Source: an uncultured bacterium
GTDB lineage: Bacteria; Verrucomicrobiota; Lentisphaeria; Victivallales; UBA1829
Reading direction: 5' to 3'
Length of the DNA: 64,000 nucleotides
NCBI GenBank assembly: GCA_902778895.1
Contig: CACYZF010000010.1
Span: 71,785 to 135,784, forward strand
In this document: piece after piece, positions 1 to 9,290 of the stretch
How the letters are laid out: the number at the start of each line of letters is the position of its first letter
Numbering within the stretch: the first letter of the stretch is position 1
Made by a program: the position numbers and the translations under genes
Notes under the pieces: generated by a model
Seen by the model: the letters and a program-made list of their open reading frames with translations, nothing else
Told to the model about the DNA's origin: nothing
The model's database searches: none

Positions 1-1193
1 TCCCCGGGCATCCGGATCTGCTCGACCCGCCGCTGCCGCCCCTGCCCTCCGTTCACTGCCCCGCCGACCGGTCCATGTTCGACTGCATCCGCGACGGTGG
101 CCCGTTCTTCCTGCACGTTCCGTACGAATCGTTCGACCCGGTGATCCGGCTGCTCTCCCAGGCGGCCGACGACCCGGACGTGATCGCGATCAAGCAGACG
201 CTGTACCGCGTCGGGCAGAACCCGCCGGTCGTCCACGCTCTGATCCGCGCGGCGCAGGCGGGCAAACAGGTCACGGTCTTCTTCGAGATCATGGCGCGGT
301 TCGACGAGGAGAACAACATCCGGCTTTCGCGCAAACTGGCCGACGCAGGCGCGCACGTCGTGTACGGCGTGCCGAAGATCAAGGTTCACGCGAAGATGCT
401 TCTGATCGTCCGCCGCGAGGGAAACGAGGTGCGCCGCTATCTGCATCTGCCGACCGGGAACTACAACTGCTCCACCGTGAAGCAGTACACCGACATCGGG
501 CTCTTCACCTGCGATGACGCGCTCGCGGACGACGTTTCCGCGCTCTTCCACGCCATCACCGGACTCTCCGCGCCCGCCGCATGGAACAAGCTCATCGCCG
601 CGCCTTACAACATGCGCGAACGCATCCTCGCCCTGATCGACCGCGAGGCCGCGCTCTCCGCCCCGGAACACCCCGGCGGGATCACGCTGAAGCTTAACGC
701 GCTTCAGGACCCGGAGGTTATCGAACACCTATACGAGGCCGCGCGGCGCGGCGTCCGCATCGACATGGTCGTCCGCGGCATCTGCGCCCTGAATCCCGCC
801 TCACTCCCGCCGGAAGCCGCCGCGAACATCCGCGTGGTCAGCATCGTGGACCGTTTTCTGGAACATTCCCGCATCTACCGTTTCGCGAACGGCGGCGCGC
901 CGGAGTATTTCATCGGCAGCGCCGACCTCATGCCGCGCAACCTCTCCCGCCGCGTGGAGATCCTGATTCCGGTCGAATCCCCCGCGTTGCGCGACGAACT
1001 GGACATGATCCTGTTCACCTCGCTCCACGATCGCAGGAAGGGACGCCGCCTGACCGGAGAAAACCGCTATTCGCACACCTTAGGCGCGATTCGGCACGAA
1101 TCCGAACGCGCCCAGGTCTCGCTTTACAACTACTACAAAAAACGCCTGGAACGCCCCGCGTTTCCGCAGGACGCCCCGGCCACGGAGTATTAA
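1..1193 (+). CDS. ppk1: polyphosphate kinase 1, C-terminal part (5' end lies outside the window)
   Basis: Frame is open from the window edge upstream of the first Met. PPK1-typical motifs FFLHVPYESFDPV, DPDVIAIKQTLYRVG, and two PLD-like C-terminal domains (KVHAKMLLI, FLEHSRIYRF). Confidence 0.9.
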   Translation, partial: PGHPDLLDPPLPPLPSVHCPADRSMFDCIRDGGPFFLHVPYESFDPVIRLLSQAADDPDVIAIKQTLYRVGQNPPVVHALIRAAQAGKQVTVFFEIMARFDEENNIRLSRKLADAGAHVVYGVPKIKVHAKMLLIVRREGNEVRRYLHLPTGNYNCSTVKQYTDIGLFTCDDALADDVSALFHAITGLSAPAAWNKLIAAPYNMRERILALIDREAALSAPEHPGGITLKLNALQDPEVIEHLYEAARRGVRIDMVVRGICALNPASLPPEAAANIRVVSIVDRFLEHSRIYRFANGGAPEYFIGSADLMPRNLSRRVEILIPVESPALRDELDMILFTSLHDRRKGRRLTGENRYSHTLGAIRHESERAQVSLYNYYKKRLERPAFPQDAPATEY

Positions 1194-1199
1194 GTCAAT

Positions 1200-1985
1200 A
1201 TGAACATGTCCGAACTCGAACGCCTCGTGAACGTCATGCGCCGTCTGCGCGCGCCCGACGGATGCCCCTGGGACCGCGAACAGACCCACGAATCCCTCAA
1301 GAAATGCCTCGTCGGCGAGGCCGCCGAATACCTCGACGCCGTCGACCACAAGTCCGACGCCGAAATGTGCGAGGAGCTGGGCGACCTCCTGATGCAGGTC
1401 GTCATGAACAGCGTCATGGCCGAGGAACGCGGCGCGTTCACGCTTGAGGACGTCGCGCGCGGCATCTCCGACAAGATGATCCGCCGACATCCGCACGTCT
1501 TCGGCGACGTGCATGTGGACAACTCCGCGCAGGTGCTCGTGAACTGGGAGAAGATCAAGAAGACCGAGCACAACGACTACCGCAAGTCCGCGCTCGACGG
1601 CGTGCCGCGCAACCTCCCTGCCGTACTCCGCGCCGAAAAGCTCCAGAAGAAGGCCGCCAAGCACGGATTCGACTGGACGAACGACGCCGACATCCTCGCA
1701 AAGGTCCGCGAGGAAATGGCCGAGCTGGAGGAGGCGTACAGATCGGGCAACCGCGACAGGATCAACGACGAGGCCGCCGACCTCGTGTTCGCCGTCGTCA
1801 ATTTCCTCCGGTTCCGCGGCGAAAACTGCGAGGAAGTCGTGAACCGCGCCTCGGACAAGTTCGACCGACGTTACCGCGCCGTGGAATCCAAGCTCGCCGC
1901 CGAGGAAAAGACCGTCGACGACACCCCCATGGACCGCCTCGACGAACTCTGGAACGAAGCCAAGGCGGAAGAGAAGAAACAATAA
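1200..1985 (+). CDS. mazG: MazG nucleoside triphosphate pyrophosphohydrolase (tandem MazG domains)
   Basis: LRAPDGCPWDREQTHESL, EAAEYLDA and EELGDLLMQV in the first domain; a second EExxE/D domain (EEMAELEEAY...DEAADLVF). Confidence 0.9.
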   Translation: MNMSELERLVNVMRRLRAPDGCPWDREQTHESLKKCLVGEAAEYLDAVDHKSDAEMCEELGDLLMQVVMNSVMAEERGAFTLEDVARGISDKMIRRHPHVFGDVHVDNSAQVLVNWEKIKKTEHNDYRKSALDGVPRNLPAVLRAEKLQKKAAKHGFDWTNDADILAKVREEMAELEEAYRSGNRDRINDEAADLVFAVVNFLRFRGENCEEVVNRASDKFDRRYRAVESKLAAEEKTVDDTPMDRLDELWNEAKAEEKKQ

Positions 1986-2013
1986 CCGTTTTTTCGCAGT
2001 TCAATCCAGCGCG

Positions 2014-2057
2014 AAAAAAGTCCGGCAGCCATTCATTACGGCTCCGGACTTTTTTTG
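2014..2057. terminator. bidirectional rho-independent terminator between convergent mazG and the hemolysin-III gene
   Basis: 11-bp GC-rich stem (2019-2030 / 2040-2050, one bulge) flanked by A6 (2014-2019) and T7 (2050-2056). Confidence 0.7.
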
Positions 2058-2078
2058 TGAGCGGGAAACGAGGCTGTT

Positions 2079-2714
2079 TTACGAATACAGCAGCTTGATC
2101 GAGAGGTACTGGAGGATCACGCCGGCCAGCACGAAGATATGGAACACGGTATGCACGAAGGGCTTCTTGATGAGGTACAGCAGCGCACCGATGGAAAACG
2201 CCACGCCGCCGCCGATCAGCAGATACGTGATCTTCGGTTCGGCCATGGTCCACAGATCCTTCAGCAGCAGGAGCGACGCCCAGCCCATGACCAGATAGAT
2301 GATCGTGGTAACGTATTTATGTTTGAGCGTGATGAAGGAGAAAATGCCGCCCGCCACGGCGCACACGCCGAGCACGCAGTACCAGATCAGGCCCTCGCGC
2401 GGCGACGCGATGGCGTTCAGGATCGGCACATAGGTGCCCGCGATCGTGAAATAGATCACGGCGTGGTCGGCCTTACGGACAAAGGCCTTCACATCCTGGT
2501 CGCGAATGGCGTGGTACACGGAGGAGACCAGGAACATGGAAAACACGGAAACGCCGTAGAGCAGAGCGCAGATGACAAAGGCCGGCATGGTCGAGATGTC
2601 GACCAGGCTGTATGTGCCGTATATCGTGAGAATGGCGCCGATGACATGGGTAACGGAGTTGCAGATATCCTCCGCCTGAGAGTACTGGTATTGAGGGGTG
2701 GCAGATTCTGTCAT
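2079..2714 (-). CDS. hemolysin III / PAQR family membrane protein
   Basis: ~7 TM helices. N-terminal NSVTHVIGA motif, later SSVYH and HxxVxxG motifs typical of the Hly-III (YplQ/TrhA) family. Confidence 0.85.
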   Translation of the reverse strand: MTESATPQYQYSQAEDICNSVTHVIGAILTIYGTYSLVDISTMPAFVICALLYGVSVFSMFLVSSVYHAIRDQDVKAFVRKADHAVIYFTIAGTYVPILNAIASPREGLIWYCVLGVCAVAGGIFSFITLKHKYVTTIIYLVMGWASLLLLKDLWTMAEPKITYLLIGGGVAFSIGALLYLIKKPFVHTVFHIFVLAGVILQYLSIKLLYS

Positions 2715-2742
2715 AAGTTCATTTCCGGTTGAAAAAATGGTT

Positions 2743-3747
2743 CTATTTCGAGGCGGGCGCGGTAACGGGTTCCAGCGTCACGGTGGCCTGGGCGGGGATC
2801 ACCTCGACCACCTTGATGCGGTCGTTGTCCGACCAGCATTTGATATCGACGGTATAGACGCCCGGACGCGTCACGTCCGAGAGGTCGAGGAACGGATGGA
2901 TCTGCGTCTGGGAGATGTCGGGCACGCTGTCGACCAGGACGGTCACGGATTCGGGCTGGATTTTCGAAATGATGAGGTTGTTCGCGCCGGTCCTGCCGAA
3001 GAGGACCTGAACGGGAATGCCGTCGAAGGCGCGCGGCTTGTTCTTCTCGACCTTCACTTCGACCTTCACCTTGCCGGACAGGATCTCAATGTTCCTGCCG
3101 TACGGCGAGACCGGGTCGACCTGGCGCGAGAAGCTTTTCGTGACATTCGCCAGCGGGATCTTCTCCGTTTCGAGATACTCGATGGTGTCGAGGAGCTTTT
3201 TCGGGCCGCGGATCGTAACCGGTCTTTCCGGCTGGATCAGCGATGCCTGATAACCCTCCATCACCTCGGCGGAATCACTGACGGGGTGGACCGGGACGTC
3301 CTTCGTATCCATGATGTCGATGTTCAGCGGGATCATGTCGGGATTGACGGCCAGCACGTGCAGTTCGTCGAACACGATGTTCGACCGCACCATGTCCAGA
3401 CGGAGCTCGACGGGCATATCCGTCTCGACCTGATATTTCGTCACGGGGCATTCGAGGTAGAAATCCGTGTTTTTCAGCGTCTTCTGTTCCTTGGGAACCT
3501 CCAGCGTGATGTCGGCGGACACGTCGCGCGGGATGAGCGTGACGCCTTCCTCAAGAGGCACGAAGCGGATCGGCACGTTCCGGATGTTGACCCGAACCAG
3601 CTCCATCCGCGATTTCACGTTCTGGTACGCGTACCAGGTCAGCAGACAGGCGAAGATCAGCGCAAAGACTTTACGCCAGAAATCGTGCCGGATGACATAC
3701 GGAATGTGCGGCAGGACTTTCTTCCAGAAATCGCGGACCGAGCTCAT
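2743..3747 (-). CDS. cdaR: YbbR-domain protein, probable CdaA regulator (CdaR)
   Basis: N-terminal TM anchor followed by repeated beta-rich YbbR-like modules. Start overlaps the cdaA stop by 4 nt (3744-3747), the canonical cdaA-cdaR arrangement. Confidence 0.7.
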   Translation of the reverse strand: MSSVRDFWKKVLPHIPYVIRHDFWRKVFALIFACLLTWYAYQNVKSRMELVRVNIRNVPIRFVPLEEGVTLIPRDVSADITLEVPKEQKTLKNTDFYLECPVTKYQVETDMPVELRLDMVRSNIVFDELHVLAVNPDMIPLNIDIMDTKDVPVHPVSDSAEVMEGYQASLIQPERPVTIRGPKKLLDTIEYLETEKIPLANVTKSFSRQVDPVSPYGRNIEILSGKVKVEVKVEKNKPRAFDGIPVQVLFGRTGANNLIISKIQPESVTVLVDSVPDISQTQIHPFLDLSDVTRPGVYTVDIKCWSDNDRIKVVEVIPAQATVTLEPVTAPASK

Positions 3748-4598
3748 GCTTCACCGTCCTTTCCGGCCTCGGCCGCCTCGTCCGTCTTCAGTTCCAGCTC
3801 GGATGCCTTGCCGAGACGTTTCCACGGCGCTTTCTTCCGTTCCAGCAGGATCGTACTGAGCTGGAACCGGAGTTCCTCCGTGTTCAGACCGCGAACCAGA
3901 CGGCCTTTTTTCGCCAGGCTGATCAGTCCGGTCTCCTCGGAAACGACCACCGCAACGGCGTCGGTCTCCTGCGAGATGCCGACCGCGGCGCGATGACGCG
4001 TGCCGAGGCGTTTTCCGTTCACGAAATAATCTTCTTCCGCCAGCGGCAGCACGGCATGGGCGGCCACGATGCGGTTGTTCTTCCCGATGACCACGGCGCA
4101 GTCGTGAAGCGGCGAGTTCGGGTAGAAAAGAGACTGGAGCAGCAGGGAATCCACGCGGGCGTCCAGCGAAACCGCCGACCGCGTGGTGTCCGTGAGACCG
4201 ATATTGCGTTCGAACACGATGATCGCGCCGGTCCGCGTAATGGAAAGCTGCGCGGCGGCTTCGGTCACCTGGTCGATCGTTTCCTGTCCGGTCCGGTTCG
4301 ATACGAACAGACTGCCCGCCTGCGCGAACGCACGCCGGAATTCCGGCTGGAAGATCACGAGGATGGCGATGCCGAGGGACGGGATCAGGCATTCGATGAG
4401 CAGGAACCGCAGCACGGTCAGACGTTCCACGTAGTCGACCGCGATCGTGGCGGTCAGCAGGACCGCGATCACGCCGAAAAGCACGTTGGCGCTGCGGGTG
4501 CCGCGCAGGAAATACAGGACCCAGTAGATCATCGCCCAGATGATCACGAAGTCGACGGAATAGAAAAGATATTTGACGATGACGTCCTGATTCGGCAT
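3744..4598 (-). CDS. cdaA: diadenylate cyclase CdaA (c-di-AMP synthase)
   Basis: Three N-terminal TM helices plus a DAC domain: GAIIVFERN, LHDCAVVI, GTRHRAAVGISQETDAVAVVVSEETG. Confidence 0.9.
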   Translation of the reverse strand: MPNQDVIVKYLFYSVDFVIIWAMIYWVLYFLRGTRSANVLFGVIAVLLTATIAVDYVERLTVLRFLLIECLIPSLGIAILVIFQPEFRRAFAQAGSLFVSNRTGQETIDQVTEAAAQLSITRTGAIIVFERNIGLTDTTRSAVSLDARVDSLLLQSLFYPNSPLHDCAVVIGKNNRIVAAHAVLPLAEEDYFVNGKRLGTRHRAAVGISQETDAVAVVVSEETGLISLAKKGRLVRGLNTEELRFQLSTILLERKKAPWKRLGKASELELKTDEAAEAGKDGEA

Positions 4599-4787
4599 GA
4601 TGCTGGTGTCTCCGCGGGTTTCAAATCATAAAAAGATACCTCAAAAAAACGAAAAAACAAGTATCTTTTCTTAAAAAATCGAGAAATCGCGCGATTTTGT
4701 TGCGAGCATGCGCGCAGGAGGACAGATCCTCCACTTCCCCGTGCCCGAGCGGCACTACTACAGAACCGTTTGCAGTGTGTGCGAGCG

Positions 4788-7532
4788 TCAGCCGCGCACT
4801 GTATCAGCACCGCTTGCGGTGGCCAGCTCGCGCAGTTTCTTCAGGTCTTTTTTTCCGTTGCCGAGGAACGGGATCTTTTCCAACGGGAAGAAGCAGTCGG
4901 GACGCGGCACCCAGAGGTTCGGCAGACCGGATTCGCGAAGACGGTTCCCGGCGTCGACGGGATCGAGTCCGCAGTCGACGGCATAGAATACGATGAGCTG
5001 TTCGCCCTTCCTCGAATCGGGACGCGCCGTGACCGCCACCTTGCCTTCGAGTCCGTAGAATTCCTCCAGACGGTTTTCGATCAGCTCATGCGGGACCATC
5101 TCGCCGCCGATCTTGCTGAACCGGGAAAGACGCCCCGTGATGCGGATGTAGCCGTCGCGGTCCATGGATGCGACGTCGTTGGTGTTGTACCAGCCGTCCG
5201 GTGTCATGGCTGCCGCCGTAGCCTCGGGATCGTCCAGATAGCCGAGCATCACGGACGCCGATTTCAGCTGAAGCAGACCTTCCTTGCCGGGGCCAAGCAG
5301 CTCGCCCGTATCCACATCCGCGATGCGCGCCGCGATACCCGGCATGGCGACGCCGATGCTCCCCTCCGGCCCCGCCTCGCGTCCGACCGCCAGGAAATCC
5401 TTCGGCAGGTTCAGCGACACGATCGGCGACATCTCTGTGCAGCCGTAGCCCTCGATGATATGCAGCCCGGCCAGTTCGAAGAACGCGTCCGCGAGACGTT
5501 TCTGAAGTTTCTCCGCCCCGGTCACCATCATGCGGAGCGAATCGAAATCGCCCGGCTTGCAGTTCCGCATGTAAGTCTGCAAAAACGTCGGAGTGGAGAT
5601 CAGCATCGTGACCTTGTCGTCGCGCACCGCCTTGCATACGCCCGCGCCGTCCAGCGGATTCGCCACCAGCGTGACCTTCGTCCCCGTGACGCCGGGGAAA
5701 CACAGTCCGACCATCAGGCCGAACGCGTGGAAGAGAGGCAGGTTGCCGAGGATGCGCTCCGTGCCGTACAGCCAGTTCAGCTGCCGCCAGAAACTCCAAA
5801 TATTCGCCGTGATGTTGTGGTGGGACAGAAGGATGCCTTTCGGCATGCCCGTGGACCCGCTGGAGAACAGGAGAGCGGCCGGGTGCATGAGGTCGGTGCC
5901 ATAGCGCGGCGAGACCAGACGGATGAGGAGCTGATGCGGCAGGAGAATGATCTGCGCCGCAGTCAGGAGTTTATCAGCCTTCGTGACGAGCTTCGGCAGG
6001 TCCTCCAGGAAAAACATCTCGTCGCGCATCGACTTCTTCAGCTTGCTCAGGAAAAGACGGCTCGTGATGACCGTCTTCAGTTTCGCGCGGTCGTACATGG
6101 ACTGCATCACCGCATCGCCCGCCGTGTAGTTCAGGATCGCGGGCGTCCGGTCGGCGAACATCACGCCGAGGAGCACCGCCACGGAGACCGCCTTGTTCGG
6201 CAGCAGCACGCCCACGAACTGTCCGTCGTCGCCGCGCTCCTCCAGAATCCGTCTCAGCTTCCGGCTGATGATGATCGACTGCGCCAGCATGGCGAAATTC
6301 GACAGGCCCTTCGGAGCGTCGGCGTCCTTGAACGTGCTTTCGAACGGATGCTGCAGCGACCGGCGCAGGTAACGGTAATGGACCGTCTTCTCCCCGCGCA
6401 CTGGCTTCATCTCCGCCTCCGCGCCAAGCTCCTGGATCCGCTGCCAGATGCGGAATCCGTTCCAGTCCGGCGGGATCGGCTCACCGACAATGATCGTGCC
6501 CGGGATCGGCAGCAGACGCGGCTTGATGAACCTCAGTTTCCCGTTGTAGATCGTCAGCAGGCTCCCCCAGTGAAGCCCCAGACGCACCGGGACCACCGGA
6601 ATGTCCGGCGACGGCATCAGCCGGTACAGGCCCGACCGGAACGCGTGCGTGATGCCGTTCGGGGAGATTGCGCCCTCCGGGAATACACAGACCGCGCCGC
6701 CGCGGTTCAGGACCGCGTGCGATTGTTCGATCAGGTGCCGCATTTTCTCCCGGTTCATCCCGCGCGGCACTTCCAGCGCGCCGCTCCACCTGAAAAACAG
6801 ATGCAGGCCGGGGAACCGGTAGAACGCCTCGTCCACCATGAACGTCACGCGGCGCGGTTTCAGGCACAAGATAAAGATGAAATCAAGGAACGAAATATGG
6901 TTCGCGACAAGCAGGACCGGCCCGGAGTCCGGATAGTTTTCGATGCGGTCGACGCGGATCCGGTACAACGAATGCGACAGGATCAGACCGAGCGTCCGCA
7001 ACGTCAGCGACGGCCGCCAGATCAGCAGGGCAGCCAGCCAGACCGCCAGCGCGATTTCAAGCGCATGGACGCCCTGCGCGCCGCGCCATGCCACGACATG
7101 CGCCAGAACCTTCGACAGGATCAGCAGAACAGCCGCGCTTGCGAACACCGATTTACCCGGCCCCATTCCGAGACGCGACCGGACCGCCGCGGCGAGCATC
7201 TGCGATCCGATCCACAGAAACACCCAGAATCCGCCGCACGCCATCGCGAGGGCGAGACTGCGTTTCACGTCTCCGCCCGTCAGGGACCAGTGCAGGCCCA
7301 GGATTGCGAACAGCAGTCCCGGCACCACCGCGCCGACCAGCACACCGTAATTCCGTGCGCACAGCATCGACGCGAATCCAGCCGCGATCGAGAGTCCGGC
7401 GAGCCAGACGCCCCACGCGGGAAGCGAGGAATACGAAACAAGGTTCAAAACGAGCTGGCAGGCAGCGAGCAGCAGGATGCCGGACACACCGGCGATGGCG
7501 GAAGTGATCGTGAGTTCAAGATTGTTCTTCAT
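4788..7532 (-). CDS. Aas-like fusion: polytopic membrane domain + PlsC-type acyltransferase + acyl-CoA/acyl-ACP synthetase (AMP-binding)
   Basis: ~190 aa of TM helices; acyltransferase HX4D-type block (LLVANHISFLDFIF, VFPEGAIS); adenylation motifs (LLFSSGSTGMPKGILLSHHN, GYGCTE, TGDV-like NTNDVASMDRDGY). Start moved from 7595 to the Met at 7532 because a promoter (7581-7609) lies inside the longer ORF. Confidence 0.8.
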   Translation of the reverse strand: MKNNLELTITSAIAGVSGILLLAACQLVLNLVSYSSLPAWGVWLAGLSIAAGFASMLCARNYGVLVGAVVPGLLFAILGLHWSLTGGDVKRSLALAMACGGFWVFLWIGSQMLAAAVRSRLGMGPGKSVFASAAVLLILSKVLAHVVAWRGAQGVHALEIALAVWLAALLIWRPSLTLRTLGLILSHSLYRIRVDRIENYPDSGPVLLVANHISFLDFIFILCLKPRRVTFMVDEAFYRFPGLHLFFRWSGALEVPRGMNREKMRHLIEQSHAVLNRGGAVCVFPEGAISPNGITHAFRSGLYRLMPSPDIPVVPVRLGLHWGSLLTIYNGKLRFIKPRLLPIPGTIIVGEPIPPDWNGFRIWQRIQELGAEAEMKPVRGEKTVHYRYLRRSLQHPFESTFKDADAPKGLSNFAMLAQSIIISRKLRRILEERGDDGQFVGVLLPNKAVSVAVLLGVMFADRTPAILNYTAGDAVMQSMYDRAKLKTVITSRLFLSKLKKSMRDEMFFLEDLPKLVTKADKLLTAAQIILLPHQLLIRLVSPRYGTDLMHPAALLFSSGSTGMPKGILLSHHNITANIWSFWRQLNWLYGTERILGNLPLFHAFGLMVGLCFPGVTGTKVTLVANPLDGAGVCKAVRDDKVTMLISTPTFLQTYMRNCKPGDFDSLRMMVTGAEKLQKRLADAFFELAGLHIIEGYGCTEMSPIVSLNLPKDFLAVGREAGPEGSIGVAMPGIAARIADVDTGELLGPGKEGLLQLKSASVMLGYLDDPEATAAAMTPDGWYNTNDVASMDRDGYIRITGRLSRFSKIGGEMVPHELIENRLEEFYGLEGKVAVTARPDSRKGEQLIVFYAVDCGLDPVDAGNRLRESGLPNLWVPRPDCFFPLEKIPFLGNGKKDLKKLRELATASGADTVRG

Positions 7533-7580
7533 GGCATCGGAAACAGCGCAAAAAATGATTCTGGTGTTGATTCTGACGAT

Positions 7581-7609
7581 AATATATCCCGGCACGCCAT
7601 CTTTTACAA
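7581..7609 (-). promoter_or_regulatory. sigma70-type promoter for the aas-like gene
   Basis: Minus strand reads TTGTAA-N17-TATATT. Confidence 0.5.
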
Positions 7610-7713
7610 GTCCTTTTTTAGCTTGTTCCGGTGTTTTGTTTCAGACATTTCCTTCCGGCGAAACGGAATTCTCTTTTCCATCTGAAAAAACACATTTTTC
7701 TCCGCAGAACCAT

Positions 7714-7741
7714 TTGAATATTTCGAGGAACGATGTATATT
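7714..7741 (+). promoter_or_regulatory. sigma70-type promoter for the TolC-like gene
   Basis: TTGAAT-N16-TATATT, ~60 nt upstream of the ATG at 7800. Confidence 0.45.
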
Positions 7742-7799
7742 TAGAGGTAGTAATTCGTTTACAAAAACTTTTTACCCCATCGAAAGGCGACTGGACCAA

Positions 7800-9221
7800 A
7801 TGAAAATTCAAGTTTTGAGCGCTACCGCCGTTTCCGCGATCCTCCTCGCGGCCCTCACCGCGTGCAACGTCGCGAAACCGCCTGCGGCTATTTCCAAGGA
7901 CAAATATACCGAGATCACCGAAGAAGAACACCAGCAGCTTCCGAAGGGACTCAAGCTCCTCACGCTCGACGAGGCGCAGTCCATCGCCATCCAGAACAAC
8001 CCGAGCTTCAAGTCCCGCTATTTCGCCGTCTCTCAGGCGCGCGCCCAGTACTACAGCCGGTTCGCGTCCTACATGCCTACCGTCACGGCTTCCTACGCGA
8101 TGAACTCCTACCACAGCCACGGCTACACGGAAGACGCCGGCGCCAGCTACAAGACCTATACGTCCAACCCGTCCATGAGCGCCTCGCTGCTCGTCTTCGA
8201 CAGCTTCCAGCGCGAAATGAACCTGCTGGCCGCCCGCCACAACTGGAAGAGCTCCGAACAGGTCGAGCAGGACGCCCGCCGTCTGCTCCTCCAGAACGTT
8301 GCATACGCCTACAACAATGTGATGCTGGCGAAGGCCAGACGCAACATCGCGATTGAGGACATGCGCTACAACCGCCAGCTCCTCAAGGAAACCGAGCTCA
8401 AGTACGGCGTCGGCGCATCCACGCTTTCCGACGTCCTCAACTTCAAAGTCAACTACAACAACGCCGAGAGCAGCCTCTATAACGCGAACTACTCCCTCGC
8501 CTCCTCGAAGTATGCGCTCGCCGCGCTCATGGGCCTCACCGAAGGCACCATCCCGGACGAAGTCGAATTCCCGGAAGAACTCTCGATCGACGGCGAAATG
8601 CTCGCCGATGAAAACGTCTACCTCGACGCCGCCCTCGCCAACCGTCCCGACCTGAAGGCCCTCCGCGAATCCCTCGAAGCCTCCAAGTTCAGCTACTATT
8701 CCAGCATCGCCGCGTTCGGTCCGACCGTCTCCGCCCAGATTGGCGTAGGCTACAACAACACCGCCACGCATTACAGCCCGTTCAATTCCGACGCCGGCTA
8801 CACCCAGCGCCAGGGCATCCGCAGAAACCGCTACAGCACGTTCTCCAGCAGCATCGGCGTCTCCTGGGAGCTCTTCTCCGGCGGCAGGACCTTCTTCAAC
8901 ATGCGCGCCTCCCAGGCCGCGATGGAACAGGCCGAGTACACGCTCGCGGACAAGTGGATCACCGTCATCAACGACGTCCGCACCGCCTACGAAAACTACA
9001 TCGTCAGCCTCAAGACCGTCAAGCTCTACCAGAAGAACCTCGAAGCCGTCCGCAAGATGCGCGATCTGGTCGACGACGAATACGAGGCCGGCAACTGCGC
9101 CATCACCCGTGTGAACGAAGTTCAGCGCGAATTCGTCAACGCCGAGACCTATCTCGCCCAGGCCGTCGTCAGCATGCACAACGCCAAGGCGCAGATCCTC
9201 GCCGCGACCAACGCCAACTGA
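7800..9221 (+). CDS. TolC/NodT-family outer membrane efflux lipoprotein
   Basis: Lipobox LTAC at residues 19-22. Two OEP-type repeats with long coiled alpha-helical segments (YYSRFASYMPTV, LLQNVAYAYNNVMLAK, AQAVVSMHNAKAQILAAT). Confidence 0.8.
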   Translation: MKIQVLSATAVSAILLAALTACNVAKPPAAISKDKYTEITEEEHQQLPKGLKLLTLDEAQSIAIQNNPSFKSRYFAVSQARAQYYSRFASYMPTVTASYAMNSYHSHGYTEDAGASYKTYTSNPSMSASLLVFDSFQREMNLLAARHNWKSSEQVEQDARRLLLQNVAYAYNNVMLAKARRNIAIEDMRYNRQLLKETELKYGVGASTLSDVLNFKVNYNNAESSLYNANYSLASSKYALAALMGLTEGTIPDEVEFPEELSIDGEMLADENVYLDAALANRPDLKALRESLEASKFSYYSSIAAFGPTVSAQIGVGYNNTATHYSPFNSDAGYTQRQGIRRNRYSTFSSSIGVSWELFSGGRTFFNMRASQAAMEQAEYTLADKWITVINDVRTAYENYIVSLKTVKLYQKNLEAVRKMRDLVDDEYEAGNCAITRVNEVQREFVNAETYLAQAVVSMHNAKAQILAATNAN

Positions 9222-9257
9222 TCTGATCTTTTTCAACCGCAATCCTGAACACAATCC

Positions 9258-9285
9258 GCGGGCCGTCACAGGCCCGCATCTTTTC
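9258..9285 (+). terminator. terminator-like hairpin directly abutting the gltX start codon
   Basis: GCGGGCC-gtcaca-GGCCCGC followed by atcTTTTccc; ends 6 nt before the ATG at 9291. Confidence 0.45.
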
Positions 9286-9290
9286 CCATC

